Shown: piece by piece, positions 48,441 to 57,477 of the stretch | Numbering within the stretch: the first letter of the stretch is position 1 | Layout: every line of letters begins with the position of its first letter | From: an uncultured Actinomycetota bacterium | Lineage (GTDB): Bacteria > Actinomycetota > Aquicultoria > SKW223 > CALKMS01 | NCBI GenBank assembly: GCA_964426525.1 | Contig: CAYRQL010000002.1 | Location: 12,753-76,752 of the forward strand | DNA: 64,000 bases | Direction: 5' to 3' | Position numbers and translations under genes: made by a program | The notes under the pieces: generated by a model | Told to the model about the DNA's origin: nothing | Database searches by the model: none | Seen by the model: only the letters and a program-made list of their open reading frames with translations

Positions 48441-50270
48441 CTATCTAAACCACCAAATAATTACTAAAAGAATTAAACCAACAAAGGAAAGACAAAGATA
48501 AAACTGAATATACCCCTGCTGCCAACGCCGTACATTAAAGCTAAAGTAATTAGCTCCCCAGGCAACTCCATTGACAACTCCATCAACAACCCATTTTTCA
48601 AAATTAATAAAGAAATTCTTCAAATAAGGCAGAGGCCTCAAAAAGACCAAGCGATAAAATTCTTCTATAAATAACCAGCGGGTTAAAGCCACTCCGATAT
48701 AACTTGCCTGAAACTTTTCTTCCCATTGATTGCGATAAAAAAACCAGGCCAGCAAACAGCCCAAAATCACCATAGAAGTAGAAATAGTAGGAATCAAAAA
48801 GCCAGCGTGAACTTCTTTTTCGACCACTAAAGCTTTAAGCATTTGTTGAAGCCAGACCAAAGCAGCACCCGAAGAAATAGCCATCAAGGCTAGTGTCATT
48901 TGAGAAATATGAGTAAGAAAAGGCATTTCATTCAAGTGTTCTTTTGGTTTACCAAGAAAAATCTGAAAAAAAACTTTAAAGACATAAAAAGATGTTAAGA
49001 AAACAGTAAAGATAGCCAACCCAGCCAGCCAGTAGTTACCACTTTCCCAGACAGAAACCAAAATCTCCTCTTTGCTCCAGAAACCACTAAAAGGGAAAAG
49101 ACCAACCAGCGATAAAGCTCCAGCTAAAAAAGCAAAGGAAGTGTAAGGAAGTTTAAACAATCCACCGCTCATCTCATCAATGTTTTGAGTATGGAAAGCG
49201 TGAATTAAAGAACCAGCACAAAGGAAAAGCAAGGCTTTGAAGAAAGCATGGGTAAAAAAATGAAAGAAAGAAGCAAAAAGACTCCCTACACCGAGAGCTA
49301 ACATCATATAACCAAGTTGACTGATGGTGGAAAAGGCTAAAACTCGTTTGAGGTTTCTTTCTGCCAGTGCCAGCAAAGCACCCAACAAGGCAGAAATAAC
49401 CCCGACCCAAGCTACTACCGAAAGAGTCAATGGGCTCTTTGAAAAAAGAGGATAAGAACGAGCAACCAAAATCACACCAGCAGCAACCATGGTTGCTGAA
49501 TGTAGTAAAGCCGATACTGGCGTCGGGCCTTCCATCGCGTCCGGCAACCAAACAAAAAGAGGAAATTGAGCACTCTTTCCGACCGCCCCAACAAAAAGCA
49601 AAAGAGTGACTAATGTTAAGAGGGCAGTCGGAAATGTTCGAGAAAAAAGCTCACTAAAAGTTAAAGTTCCAGCCGCTGACCACAAAAGCAAAAGAGCAAG
49701 AAAGAAGCCCATATCGCCTAAACGAGTAACAAAGAAAGCTTTTTTGGCTGCTTTAGCCGCTGTTTCCTTCTCAAACCAGAAGCCAATTAAAAGATAAGAA
49801 CAAAAACCAACCAGCTCCCACATCGCATACATTTGGAAATAACCTTGAGCCAAAACCAGACCAAGCATGGAAAAAGCAAACAAAGAAAGATAGGCAAAAA
49901 AACGAGTATAGCGAGTTTCTCCCTTCATATAGTTTACTGAATAAAGCTGAATGAAAAACACTAAAAAAGAAATGGTAAAAGCCGCTACTGTTGACAAACC
50001 ATCAAGCAAATATCCCACTGTCAAACCCTGGCCGGCAGCTAACAGCCAGTTAAAGCTAACCTCATAGCGACCGGTATGATAAAAAGCCATAATCAGAAAA
50101 ATCGAAGAAAGCAAAGAGATAAAAGAGGCTGTCAATGCAATGTAATGAGCTTTTTTAATTAAGCGACCAAAGAGAATTAATATTAAAAAAGAGATCAGTG
50201 GAGCCAGAAGAATTAAACATAAAGATAGGTTAGTTCGGAAAATTACTTCTTGAGCTGTAACTCCTACCAT
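48441..50270 (-). CDS. nuoL: Complex I subunit L
   Basis: WELVG, GKSAQFPLFVWLPDAMEGPTPVSA, HAFFKALLFL, GFWSKEEI, and the C-terminal lateral helix. Confidence 0.95.
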   Translation of the reverse strand: MVGVTAQEVIFRTNLSLCLILLAPLISFLILILFGRLIKKAHYIALTASFISLLSSIFLIMAFYHTGRYEVSFNWLLAAGQGLTVGYLLDGLSTVAAFTISFLVFFIQLYSVNYMKGETRYTRFFAYLSLFAFSMLGLVLAQGYFQMYAMWELVGFCSYLLIGFWFEKETAAKAAKKAFFVTRLGDMGFFLALLLLWSAAGTLTFSELFSRTFPTALLTLVTLLLFVGAVGKSAQFPLFVWLPDAMEGPTPVSALLHSATMVAAGVILVARSYPLFSKSPLTLSVVAWVGVISALLGALLALAERNLKRVLAFSTISQLGYMMLALGVGSLFASFFHFFTHAFFKALLFLCAGSLIHAFHTQNIDEMSGGLFKLPYTSFAFLAGALSLVGLFPFSGFWSKEEILVSVWESGNYWLAGLAIFTVFLTSFYVFKVFFQIFLGKPKEHLNEMPFLTHISQMTLALMAISSGAALVWLQQMLKALVVEKEVHAGFLIPTISTSMVILGCLLAWFFYRNQWEEKFQASYIGVALTRWLFIEEFYRLVFLRPLPYLKNFFINFEKWVVDGVVNGVAWGANYFSFNVRRWQQGYIQFYLCLSFVGLILLVIIWWFR

Positions 50271-50277
50271 CCTCTTT

Positions 50278-50583
50278 TCATCCTTTCAAATTGGAAAATA
50301 AATTAATGTCACTACTCTTAAAGGTTCGAAACAAAGAAAGCGCCAGTGCCAACCCCACTGCCGCCTCAGCAGCAGCTAAAGCGATTATCAGTAAAACCGA
50401 AACTTGAGAAACCAGAGAAGGTAAAACCCCAAAGCGAGCCAAAGCCAGCAAATTAAGATTAGCAGCGTTTAAAATTAATTCCAGTGAAACCAGAATACCA
50501 ATCAAGCTCTTTCGAGCCAGGACACCAAAAACCCCCAGCGAAAGAATAAGGCTGCTCAGTATCAAATAATAGAAGAGATTCAA
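50278..50583 (-). CDS. nuoK: Complex I subunit K
   Basis: SLELILNAANLN, AAAEAAVGLAL. Confidence 0.96.
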   Translation of the reverse strand: MNLFYYLILSSLILSLGVFGVLARKSLIGILVSLELILNAANLNLLALARFGVLPSLVSQVSVLLIIALAAAEAAVGLALALSLFRTFKSSDINLFSNLKG

Positions 50584-51077
50584 CTTTCTTCCCCCTCTTC
50601 CCTTTTTAGTAAAGAAAAAGCAGTAATAAATGAGGCTAACAATACCAATCCCATTAGCTCAAAAGCCAAAAGATAGTTTCCAGTCAAAGCTGAACCTAAG
50701 TCAGCAGCCGAGAGACTTTGATAGGTAAAGTAAGTTAAAAAAACAGCTTTAGAAAGGATAAATATAATTAAAGCAAGGAAAAGCAAGAAAAAAAACAGTG
50801 GAAAAACAATAGAGTTTCTTGATTCTTCTGAACGAGGAAGAATCATTAAAGAAAACAAAAATAAAGTAACAATGCCACCAACATAAACCAAAATCTGCAC
50901 TAAAGCCGGGACTTCAGCCAGCAAAAGGAAATAAAGACCGCTGGAAGAAAAGAAAAACACCCCTAACCATAAAACAGCTTTAAAAATATTTTTTAACTTA
51001 ACTACCAGGACCGCACTTAAAACTGCCAGTAAAGCAAAAAAGTAAAACAAGAACGGGCTTAGCTGGGCTAACTTCAT
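50580..51077 (-). CDS. nuoJ: Complex I subunit J
   Basis: QILVYVGGIVTLFLF, LLAFELMGLVLL. Confidence 0.94.
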   Translation of the reverse strand: MKLAQLSPFLFYFFALLAVLSAVLVVKLKNIFKAVLWLGVFFFSSSGLYFLLLAEVPALVQILVYVGGIVTLFLFSLMILPRSEESRNSIVFPLFFFLLFLALIIFILSKAVFLTYFTYQSLSAADLGSALTGNYLLAFELMGLVLLASFITAFSLLKREEGEES

Positions 51078-52930
51078 TCTTTAACCCCCCTAAAAAGTTC
51101 TTTCTTTTCAAAAACAAATTCTTTTCGGTCTTCGGCAGCCTTTTCAAACTCTTTAGTCAGCTTGATAGCTTTAGTCGGGCACTGTTCCTCGCAGAAACCG
51201 CAATAAATGCAAAGCGAAAGGTCAACCTGATAATTCTTTGCTCCCCAATCTTCTTTCCGCTCTACCTGAATAGCCAAAGCAGGGCAGACTCGAGCACAAA
51301 AAGAACAACCAGTGCAGTTCCCACTTAAACACTGAAGACAGCGATAAGCTTCTTTTTTGGCCTCCTGGTCGGTGAAACCTAACTCAATCTGGTTGAAGTT
51401 TGTTTTCCTTTTTTCTGGAGATAGAACTGGCATTTCCGGTCTCAATCTCTCTTTCTCAAATATCTCTTTAGGCAATGACGGATAATCTTGATATTCTACA
51501 AGGTGAAGCTTTGGCCGACCTTTAATTAAATCTTTGCCCTGCAAATAACGATCAATGGAAATTACTGCTTCATGAGCGTGAGCGATCGAGCCAATGCAGG
51601 TAGATGGCCCGGTAACAATCTCCCCGCAAGCAAAAACATCAGGAACATTAGTCTGTAAAGTCGCTAAGTCAATTTTCAACCGACCTTTTTCGTCAACTTC
51701 TACCTCAGTATCTTTCAAAAAAGAAAGGTCGCTAGCTTGGCCAATTGAAAAAATCACAGTGTCACCTGGAATAAAATTGGTAACGGTTTCGCAAAACTGA
51801 GGATTAAACCTTCTCTGTTCGTCAAACACAGCCGTACATTGAATAACTTCTAAGCCTTTGATTTTGCCGTTTTCCGAGATTATAGCTTTTGGACCCCAGG
51901 AGCAGTTAATCTCAATTTCTTCTTCTAACGCTTCTTCAATTTCCCAGGAAAAAGCGGGCATCTCTTCAAACTTTTCCAAACAAACCATCCTTACTTTTTT
52001 TGCTCCCAGCCGAACAGCACAACGTGCCACATCAACCGCAACATTTCCTCCGCCAATAACGATAATTTCTTTTCCGATTTCTGGTTTTTCTCCCGAGTTT
52101 ACTGCTCGAAGAAAAGGCACAGCCGAAAGAACATTGGGCAAATCGTGCCCAGGTATTGGAAGAGTGCGACCAGCCTGCAAGCCCACTGCCAATAAAAAAG
52201 CTTTATAACCTTGCTTCCTCAAATCGGAAAAGCTGACTTCAGTCCCGAATTCAACTCCAGTTATTATTTCCACCCCATCTTTCTCTATCTCTTCAACTTC
52301 AGCCAAGAGAATATCTTCCGGAAGCCGATACATTGGAACGCCGTACATCAACATCCCGCCAGGTAAATTTGATTTTTCAAAAACAGTTGCCTGATAACCC
52401 TTACGTACCAGTTCAAGAGCTGCTGTCAAACCAGCCGGTCCAGCCCCAATTACCGCCACCCTCAGGCCATCAGGCGGGTTCTTCTTCTTTCTTTTTTTCT
52501 TGACTACTGGCAAGGCTTTATCGGCTAAATATCTTTTAAGCGAACGGATAGCCACAGACTCATCATAATATCCCCGTCGGCACTTAGTCTCACACGGGTG
52601 ATGGCAGATTCTTCCCAAAACCGCCGGGAATGGGGCTCTCTCTCGCACTAATTCCCAAGCTTCAATGTATTTTCCTTCCATTATCAAGCGGTTATAGCCT
52701 CGTGGGTCAACATGAGCCGGACAAGTGTTCTGACAAGGTGGCATCTCAGGAAATGCTTTTGCCTGCTTCACTTCTCCAAACATACCACGCAAACTATAAA
52801 AGCCTCGATAGCCATCAAAAATTTCCTGCTTTTCAAAAGGATAAAAAAGGGTTACCGGTTTCTTTAAAAGATAATTGCCAGTTATCCTGAGTCCAGTTGC
52901 CAGTGCTTTAATGTTTTTAGCTAAACTCAT
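51074..52930 (-). CDS. nuoI: NuoI carrying an inserted GltD/NfnB/DsrL-like FAD/NAD(P)H oxidoreductase module (618 aa)
   Basis: NuoI N-terminus (GLRIT...PVTLFYP...YRG, aa 1-43), flavoprotein module (aa ~63-534), and NuoI C-terminus with two CxxCxxCxxxCP motifs plus AIKLTKEFE; occupies the nuoI slot between nuoH and nuoJ. Confidence 0.9.
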   Translation of the reverse strand: MSLAKNIKALATGLRITGNYLLKKPVTLFYPFEKQEIFDGYRGFYSLRGMFGEVKQAKAFPEMPPCQNTCPAHVDPRGYNRLIMEGKYIEAWELVRERAPFPAVLGRICHHPCETKCRRGYYDESVAIRSLKRYLADKALPVVKKKRKKKNPPDGLRVAVIGAGPAGLTAALELVRKGYQATVFEKSNLPGGMLMYGVPMYRLPEDILLAEVEEIEKDGVEIITGVEFGTEVSFSDLRKQGYKAFLLAVGLQAGRTLPIPGHDLPNVLSAVPFLRAVNSGEKPEIGKEIIVIGGGNVAVDVARCAVRLGAKKVRMVCLEKFEEMPAFSWEIEEALEEEIEINCSWGPKAIISENGKIKGLEVIQCTAVFDEQRRFNPQFCETVTNFIPGDTVIFSIGQASDLSFLKDTEVEVDEKGRLKIDLATLQTNVPDVFACGEIVTGPSTCIGSIAHAHEAVISIDRYLQGKDLIKGRPKLHLVEYQDYPSLPKEIFEKERLRPEMPVLSPEKRKTNFNQIELGFTDQEAKKEAYRCLQCLSGNCTGCSFCARVCPALAIQVERKEDWGAKNYQVDLSLCIYCGFCEEQCPTKAIKLTKEFEKAAEDRKEFVFEKKELFRGVKE

Positions 52931-53890
52931 TCAAAGAACACTCCTAACCAAAACTAAAGCCCAGAGGAAATTCACCAGAGCCAACGGAAACAAAAATTTC
53001 CAAGAAAATTCCATCATCTGGTCTGGTCGGAAACGCGGGAAAGTCCAACGAAACCAGAAATATAGAAAAGCAAACAAAGAAGATTCTAGAAAAAGCCAGA
53101 GCCAGCCTGGCAAAAAAGGCCAACGAAATCCTCCAAGAAAGAGCAAGGAAGTCAAGATAGCCGAAACAATAAAATGAGTGTATTCCCCCATCATAAAAAG
53201 TCCCCAGCGAATTCCCCCGTATTCAGTATGAAAGCCGGTAACCAGTTCAGATTCTGACTCGCCAACATCAAAAGGAATGCGATTCATCTCAATTAATGAA
53301 GCAATAAGAAAAACAACAAAACCCAAAGGTAAAAGAAAAATAAAAGGAATTTTTTGGGCTTCAACAATCTCTACTAAAGATAGCGAACCAGCAACCATTA
53401 CTACTGAAAGCAAGCTCAAAGCTCGAGGTAGCTCAAAGCTTAAAAGCTGGAGAGCTGAGCGTATAGCTCCTGTTAAAGCGTACTTATTATTAGAACCGTA
53501 ACCAGCCATCAGCGGTCCAAAAACCGCAATGGAAGGAATAGCCAAGAGGTAGAGCAAGGCCAAATTCCAGTTAAACGCCACCCACTGGGAAGTAAAAGGA
53601 ATAACTAAGAGAGCCATAAAAGCTGGAATCATTGCCATCAACGGGGCTATTTGATAAATCCACCAATCGGCCCTTTTTGGAACTAAGTAGCCTTTAGACA
53701 AAAGTTTTATCATATCGGCAAATGGCTGAAGAATCCCGTGCCAGCCAGTGTGATAAAAGCCAACCCGGTGCTGAAAATGCGAAGCCAGTTTAATCTCTAG
53801 ATACTCCAAAACCATTATCAAACCAGCTACACCCATAAATATTCCAGCTGACCAAGCTGCTGTTTCTGCTATAAAATACCATATATTCAT
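52931..53890 (-). CDS. nuoH: Complex I subunit H
   Basis: GILQPFADMIKL, GSNNKYAL, SFE, NRIPFDVGESESELVTGFHTEY, FPRFRPDQ. Confidence 0.96.
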   Translation of the reverse strand: MNIWYFIAETAAWSAGIFMGVAGLIMVLEYLEIKLASHFQHRVGFYHTGWHGILQPFADMIKLLSKGYLVPKRADWWIYQIAPLMAMIPAFMALLVIPFTSQWVAFNWNLALLYLLAIPSIAVFGPLMAGYGSNNKYALTGAIRSALQLLSFELPRALSLLSVVMVAGSLSLVEIVEAQKIPFIFLLPLGFVVFLIASLIEMNRIPFDVGESESELVTGFHTEYGGIRWGLFMMGEYTHFIVSAILTSLLFLGGFRWPFLPGWLWLFLESSLFAFLYFWFRWTFPRFRPDQMMEFSWKFLFPLALVNFLWALVLVRSVL

Positions 53891-54987
53891 CGATCAACCT
53901 CACCAAAAACCGGGTCCAAACTTCCCAAAATGATAGGAAAATCTGCAAACTGACTGCCAGTTAACAAATATGGCAATAAAGACAGGTTAGCGTAAGCAGG
54001 GCTTCTGACTTTCAAACGATAAGGCTTATAACTGCCATCACTCACAACATAAAAACCTAACTCTCCTTTTGTCCCCTCAACTGCTGCATAAGCTTCACCT
54101 GGAGGGGGAGATAAAAGTCGAGGCACAGGTGTTTGAAAACTGCCTTCTGGTAAGCCATCCAAAGCTTGCTTGACAATTTCAGCACTTTGTCTCATTTCTT
54201 CAAGTCTCACCCAAAATCTGTCCCAGGAATCGCCATTTTTGCCAGTTGGCACCTTAAACTCGAAATCATTGTAAACAGAGTAGCCTTCTATCTTTCTCAA
54301 ATCTCTCTCCACACCACTACCCCGCAAAACTGGTCCGCTGGCTCCAGCTTCCAGAGCAATCTCAGCTGGTAAAATCCCGATACTTTTGGTTCGGCGAAGA
54401 AAGATTGGATTCTCGAAAAGTAAGTCTTGGTACTCATCTAATTTACCAGACAAATTTTTCAAAAAATTACGAGTCCCCTTTTCAAAATCAGAATTTATAT
54501 CCCGACTGACCCCCCCAAAGCGAAAATAACTATAAGTTAACCTTGCTCCGCAAATCTTCTCAAAAAGCCTTAAAATTTCTTCTCTTTCCCGAAAAGCATA
54601 AAGAAAGAAAGTAAAAGCGCCAGCGTCTAAACCCCCTGTCCCCAAAGCAATCAAATGGCTGGCAATTCTTTGAAGCTCCCCAAATATCACTCGAAGATAC
54701 TCAGCTCGAGGTGGAACTTCTATTCCAGCAAGTTTTTCTACTGCTCGAACATAACCCCAGTTAGAAAGCATAGCGCCCACATAATCCATTCGGTCAGTAT
54801 AAGGAATGAACTGATGGTAACTTCGATTTTCAGCTATCTTCTCAACCCCCCGGTGTAGATAACCAATATGCGGCTCAACCGATACTACCTTTTCCCCCTC
54901 TAATCCCAAAACAACTCGAAACACACCATGCGTGCTGGGATGTTGTGGTCCCACATTTATCAAAAATTCCTCAGTTCGCAAAGTCAA
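53887..54987 (-). CDS. nuoD: Complex I subunit D (no NiFe-binding motifs)
   Basis: GPQHPSTHGV, GYLHRG, DRMDY, GPVLRGSG, KGELG; ends DPVFGEVDR, with no CxxC pairs. Confidence 0.96.
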   Translation of the reverse strand: MTLRTEEFLINVGPQHPSTHGVFRVVLGLEGEKVVSVEPHIGYLHRGVEKIAENRSYHQFIPYTDRMDYVGAMLSNWGYVRAVEKLAGIEVPPRAEYLRVIFGELQRIASHLIALGTGGLDAGAFTFFLYAFREREEILRLFEKICGARLTYSYFRFGGVSRDINSDFEKGTRNFLKNLSGKLDEYQDLLFENPIFLRRTKSIGILPAEIALEAGASGPVLRGSGVERDLRKIEGYSVYNDFEFKVPTGKNGDSWDRFWVRLEEMRQSAEIVKQALDGLPEGSFQTPVPRLLSPPPGEAYAAVEGTKGELGFYVVSDGSYKPYRLKVRSPAYANLSLLPYLLTGSQFADFPIILGSLDPVFGEVDR

Positions 54988-55004
54988 ATCTCAAACCCCC
55001 AAAA

Positions 55005-55457
55005 TCAAAAGTAATCCGGTCTTTTTATAACTCGCTTATCTTCGTAATCTTTCAACAAAGGATGGCCTTTCCAGTCATCGGGTAAAAGCAACCGTTTAAG
55101 ATTTGGATGGCCCTTAAATGAAACCCCAAACAGGTCATAAACTTCTCTTTCAGGCCAGTTGGCCCCTCTCCAGATAGAGACCACAGAGTCAATCTCGGGT
55201 TTTTTTCGCTCAATTGAAGTCTTAATAAACGTTTTTGTATTTAAATCGGGGTCAACCAGGTGATAAACCAAGTCTATCTTGTCTTTCCAGTCTATTGCAG
55301 TAAGGAAAGAAAAATAAGCAAAACCTTGTTCTTTAAGCCAGGAAGCAAAAGGCAGCAGCGCTCCTTTTTCTATAAAAAAATAATAAACACCATCTTTAAC
55401 CTCAACTTTGCCTAATTTTCCCAGCTTCTTTGCCGCCTTATTTTCCAGACCTCTCAT
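55005..55457 (-). CDS. nuoC: Complex I subunit C
   Basis: [41 protein letters not shown]. Confidence 0.96.
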   Translation of the reverse strand: MRGLENKAAKKLGKLGKVEVKDGVYYFFIEKGALLPFASWLKEQGFAYFSFLTAIDWKDKIDLVYHLVDPDLNTKTFIKTSIERKKPEIDSVVSIWRGANWPEREVYDLFGVSFKGHPNLKRLLLPDDWKGHPLLKDYEDKRVIKRPDYF

Positions 55458-55936
55458 TTGCCTTCCCTTATTATCCTTCTTATCTCCAGCAACCCTTCAA
55501 AAAATGCTTCTGGGCGAGGTGGGCAGCCAGGAACAAAAACATCAACAGGAATTACTTCCTGGACCCCCCTAACTGCTGAATAAGAATCATAGTAAAAGCA
55601 ACCTCCCGATATAGCACAACTGCCCATGGCTAAAACATACTTTGGGTCGGGCATCTGTTCGTAAAGACGTTTTAAGATTGGAGCCATTTTATAAGTTAAA
55701 GTTCCAGGCACGATTATCAAATCTGATTGCCTTGGCGAGGGACGCGGAATAATCCCGTATCGCATTAAATCGTAATGAGAAGCATAAGCGGCCATCATTT
55801 CAATTGAGCAACAAGCAAGCCCGAAAGTTAAGCTCCAAATAGAGCGAGAGCGAGCCCAGTTTAAAAGCTCTTCTAAAGGCCAAAGGTTAATTTTAGGCTT
55901 TACTTCTCTTATCACATCTCTTCTGGTTCGAGCCAT
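55454..55936 (-). CDS. nuoB: Complex I subunit B
   Basis: [10 protein letters not shown] (tandem Cys, cluster N2), [24 protein letters not shown]. Confidence 0.97.
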   Translation of the reverse strand: MARTRRDVIREVKPKINLWPLEELLNWARSRSIWSLTFGLACCSIEMMAAYASHYDLMRYGIIPRPSPRQSDLIIVPGTLTYKMAPILKRLYEQMPDPKYVLAMGSCAISGGCFYYDSYSAVRGVQEVIPVDVFVPGCPPRPEAFFEGLLEIRRIIREGK

Positions 55937-56280
55937 CTCAAAACACCCTCTTTCCAGGCAAAAAGGAAAGGTACCAAGAGAAAAAACAAAAAAAGTAGCC
56001 CCGTCAAAATCCCGATTGTGTTAACTTTTCGAACAATAAGCGTCCAAGGAATTAAAAGTGCCGCTTCAACTTCAAATAGTAAAAAAAGTAAGGCTACAAA
56101 GTAAAAGCGAACAGGGTAGAGAAGCCGAGCATCAGAAAAAGGAAGGTTTCCACACTCATAACTTTCATGACTATCACCAGTTCTGTCCACTTTTGGTGAG
56201 AGAATATAAGAAAGGAATAAAACAATTAAAAGTAAGGCTGTCGAAACAATCAAAAAAATTAAAATACCTAATAAACTCAT
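55912..56280 (-). CDS. nuoA: Complex I subunit A
   Basis: [27 protein letters not shown]. Confidence 0.96.
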   Translation of the reverse strand: MSLLGILIFLIVSTALLLIVLFLSYILSPKVDRTGDSHESYECGNLPFSDARLLYPVRFYFVALLFLLFEVEAALLIPWTLIVRKVNTIGILTGLLFLFFLLVPFLFAWKEGVLRWLEPEEM

Positions 56281-56290
56281 AATCCCCCTT

Positions 56291-56308
56291 TTGTAACAAA
56301 TTACGCAT
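56291..56308. promoter_or_regulatory. Imperfect palindrome TTGTAACAAATTACGCAT, possible Rex-like operator of the nuo operon
   Basis: GTAA-N4-TTAC core; 9 of 14 defined positions match TTGTGAA-N4-TTCACAA; lies immediately downstream of the -10 box. Confidence 0.3.
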
Positions 56309-56337
56309 ATTTTAGCAAGGAAGAGTTTTCAAAGCAA
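56309..56337 (-). promoter_or_regulatory. Putative nuo operon promoter
   Basis: Minus strand TTGCTT-17 bp-TAAAAT with an extended -10 TG; AAGGGGG SD-like sequence before nuoA. Confidence 0.55.
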
Positions 56338-56472
56338 CTAAAGAATTAAATTTCAACCACCTAATAAACAAAAAAAAGAAAAAGAGATAACCTTTTAAAA
56401 GATAAATTTTACCGCTGACCCCTTAGTTGAAAGCAATAACCGAATTTTTAAAGATAACTATTAGCTAATTTT

Positions 56473-57087
56473 TCAAATTAAGTTTCCTGCTAAATGACCT
56501 TTATAATTATAATATTCGAGGTTTAAATCTTTTCCATTAAAAGTTATAAGATTAATTGCTGCTACTTCCTGCGGTATTTCCCAGAAGCGATCTCTCAAGT
56601 GAAAAAAATGCTGAAGAATTATTTTGTTAATAGCTTGATGCGCCACCACTACAATCTCATCTTTCCAATGCTTCCTGGCTAAGCCAACCAGAGCTTCAGC
56701 TGTTCGCTTACTAACCACCTGAACGCTGTCTCCTCCGGGGAAAGTAAAATCCTCTGGATTTTCCAACCATTGCTTATAAACCAAGGGAAATCTTTCTTCA
56801 ATCTCTTCCAGTTTCAATCCCTGCCAATCACCATAATCAACATCAATAAAACCTTTATCTATTTGAACTGGTAACCCTTTTCTCTTAGCAATTACTTCAG
56901 CTGTCTGCCTGGCTCTCACCAAGGAACTCGAATAAACTGCCGAAATTTCTCGAAACTCAAAAAAATTAGCCAGAGCTTCGGCTTGTTTTAGCCCCTTTTC
57001 ATTTAAAGCTAAATTCTCTCTCCCCCGGAAACGCCCATCTTTGTTCCAATCAGTTTCACCGTGCCTGACTAAATAAATCGAACCCAT
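56473..57087 (-). CDS. Histidine phosphatase (phosphoglycerate mutase/CobC/PspA) family
   Basis: LVRHGETDWN, SSLVRARQTA, YGDWQG, VVAH. Confidence 0.9.
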   Translation of the reverse strand: MGSIYLVRHGETDWNKDGRFRGRENLALNEKGLKQAEALANFFEFREISAVYSSSLVRARQTAEVIAKRKGLPVQIDKGFIDVDYGDWQGLKLEEIEERFPLVYKQWLENPEDFTFPGGDSVQVVSKRTAEALVGLARKHWKDEIVVVAHQAINKIILQHFFHLRDRFWEIPQEVAAINLITFNGKDLNLEYYNYKGHLAGNLI

Positions 57088-57199
57088 ATTTTCAATTTAA
57101 CAAACTATTTAGAAAAAATAAATTTTCTTTAAATATAAATAACAATGCAGCTTAAAGTTCCATTTTTTAAGAACAGCAAAAAATTTTTGAGCCAATAAT

Positions 57200-57286
57200 T
57201 GGTGTCGGAGGCGGGATTTGAACCCGCACAGGCTTGCGCCCACTGCCCCCTCAAGACAGCGCGTCTGCCAGTTCCGCCACTCCGAC
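57200..57286 (-). tRNA. tRNA-Leu(GAG) with encoded CCA and a long variable arm
   Basis: Acceptor stem GTCGGAG/CTCCGAC, A73, CCA; anticodon loop TTGAGGG; T-loop GTTCAAATC. Confidence 0.97.
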
Positions 57287-57312
57287 ACTTAATAAGTTTG
57301 GGACAAGATGTT

Positions 57313-57341
57313 ATTTTAAAAGAGCAAAAAAAGCCCGTCAA
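57313..57341 (-). promoter_or_regulatory. Promoter of tRNA-Leu
   Basis: TTGACG-17 bp-TAAAAT, 26 nt upstream of the tRNA. Confidence 0.7.
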
Positions 57342-57477
57342 TGTTAGATGTTGGCCTATAAGTTAGCAAACAGCAGACTCACGCCTTATGAGCGAAAAGC
57401 TAAAGCATTGCAACAACTCGCACTGAAAAATCACCGTGCCCGCTTTTCAGCTCGCTCGCCATGACAATTGTAATAAA

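Noticed and set aside
51074-52930. Stand-alone gltD or dsrL gene mis-located in the operon
   Set aside because: Both termini are NuoI sequence in the same frame, no other nuoI exists in the operon, and no gltB or dsr genes are in the window.
53887-55936. Membrane-bound group 4 NiFe hydrogenase instead of complex I
   Set aside because: NuoD has no N- or C-terminal CxxC Ni ligands (RMDY; DPVFGEVDR), and NuoB has the complex I tandem CC.
57129-57341. 70-aa ORF from the ORF track
   Set aside because: It is a translation across the tRNA-Leu gene and its promoter.
57358-57464. Short plus-strand ORF of about 38 codons (MLAYKLANSRLTPYERKAK...) in the tRNA upstream region; coordinates approximate
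   Set aside because: It has no SD and no recognisable motif, and it lies beside the tRNA promoter, so it cannot be supported.
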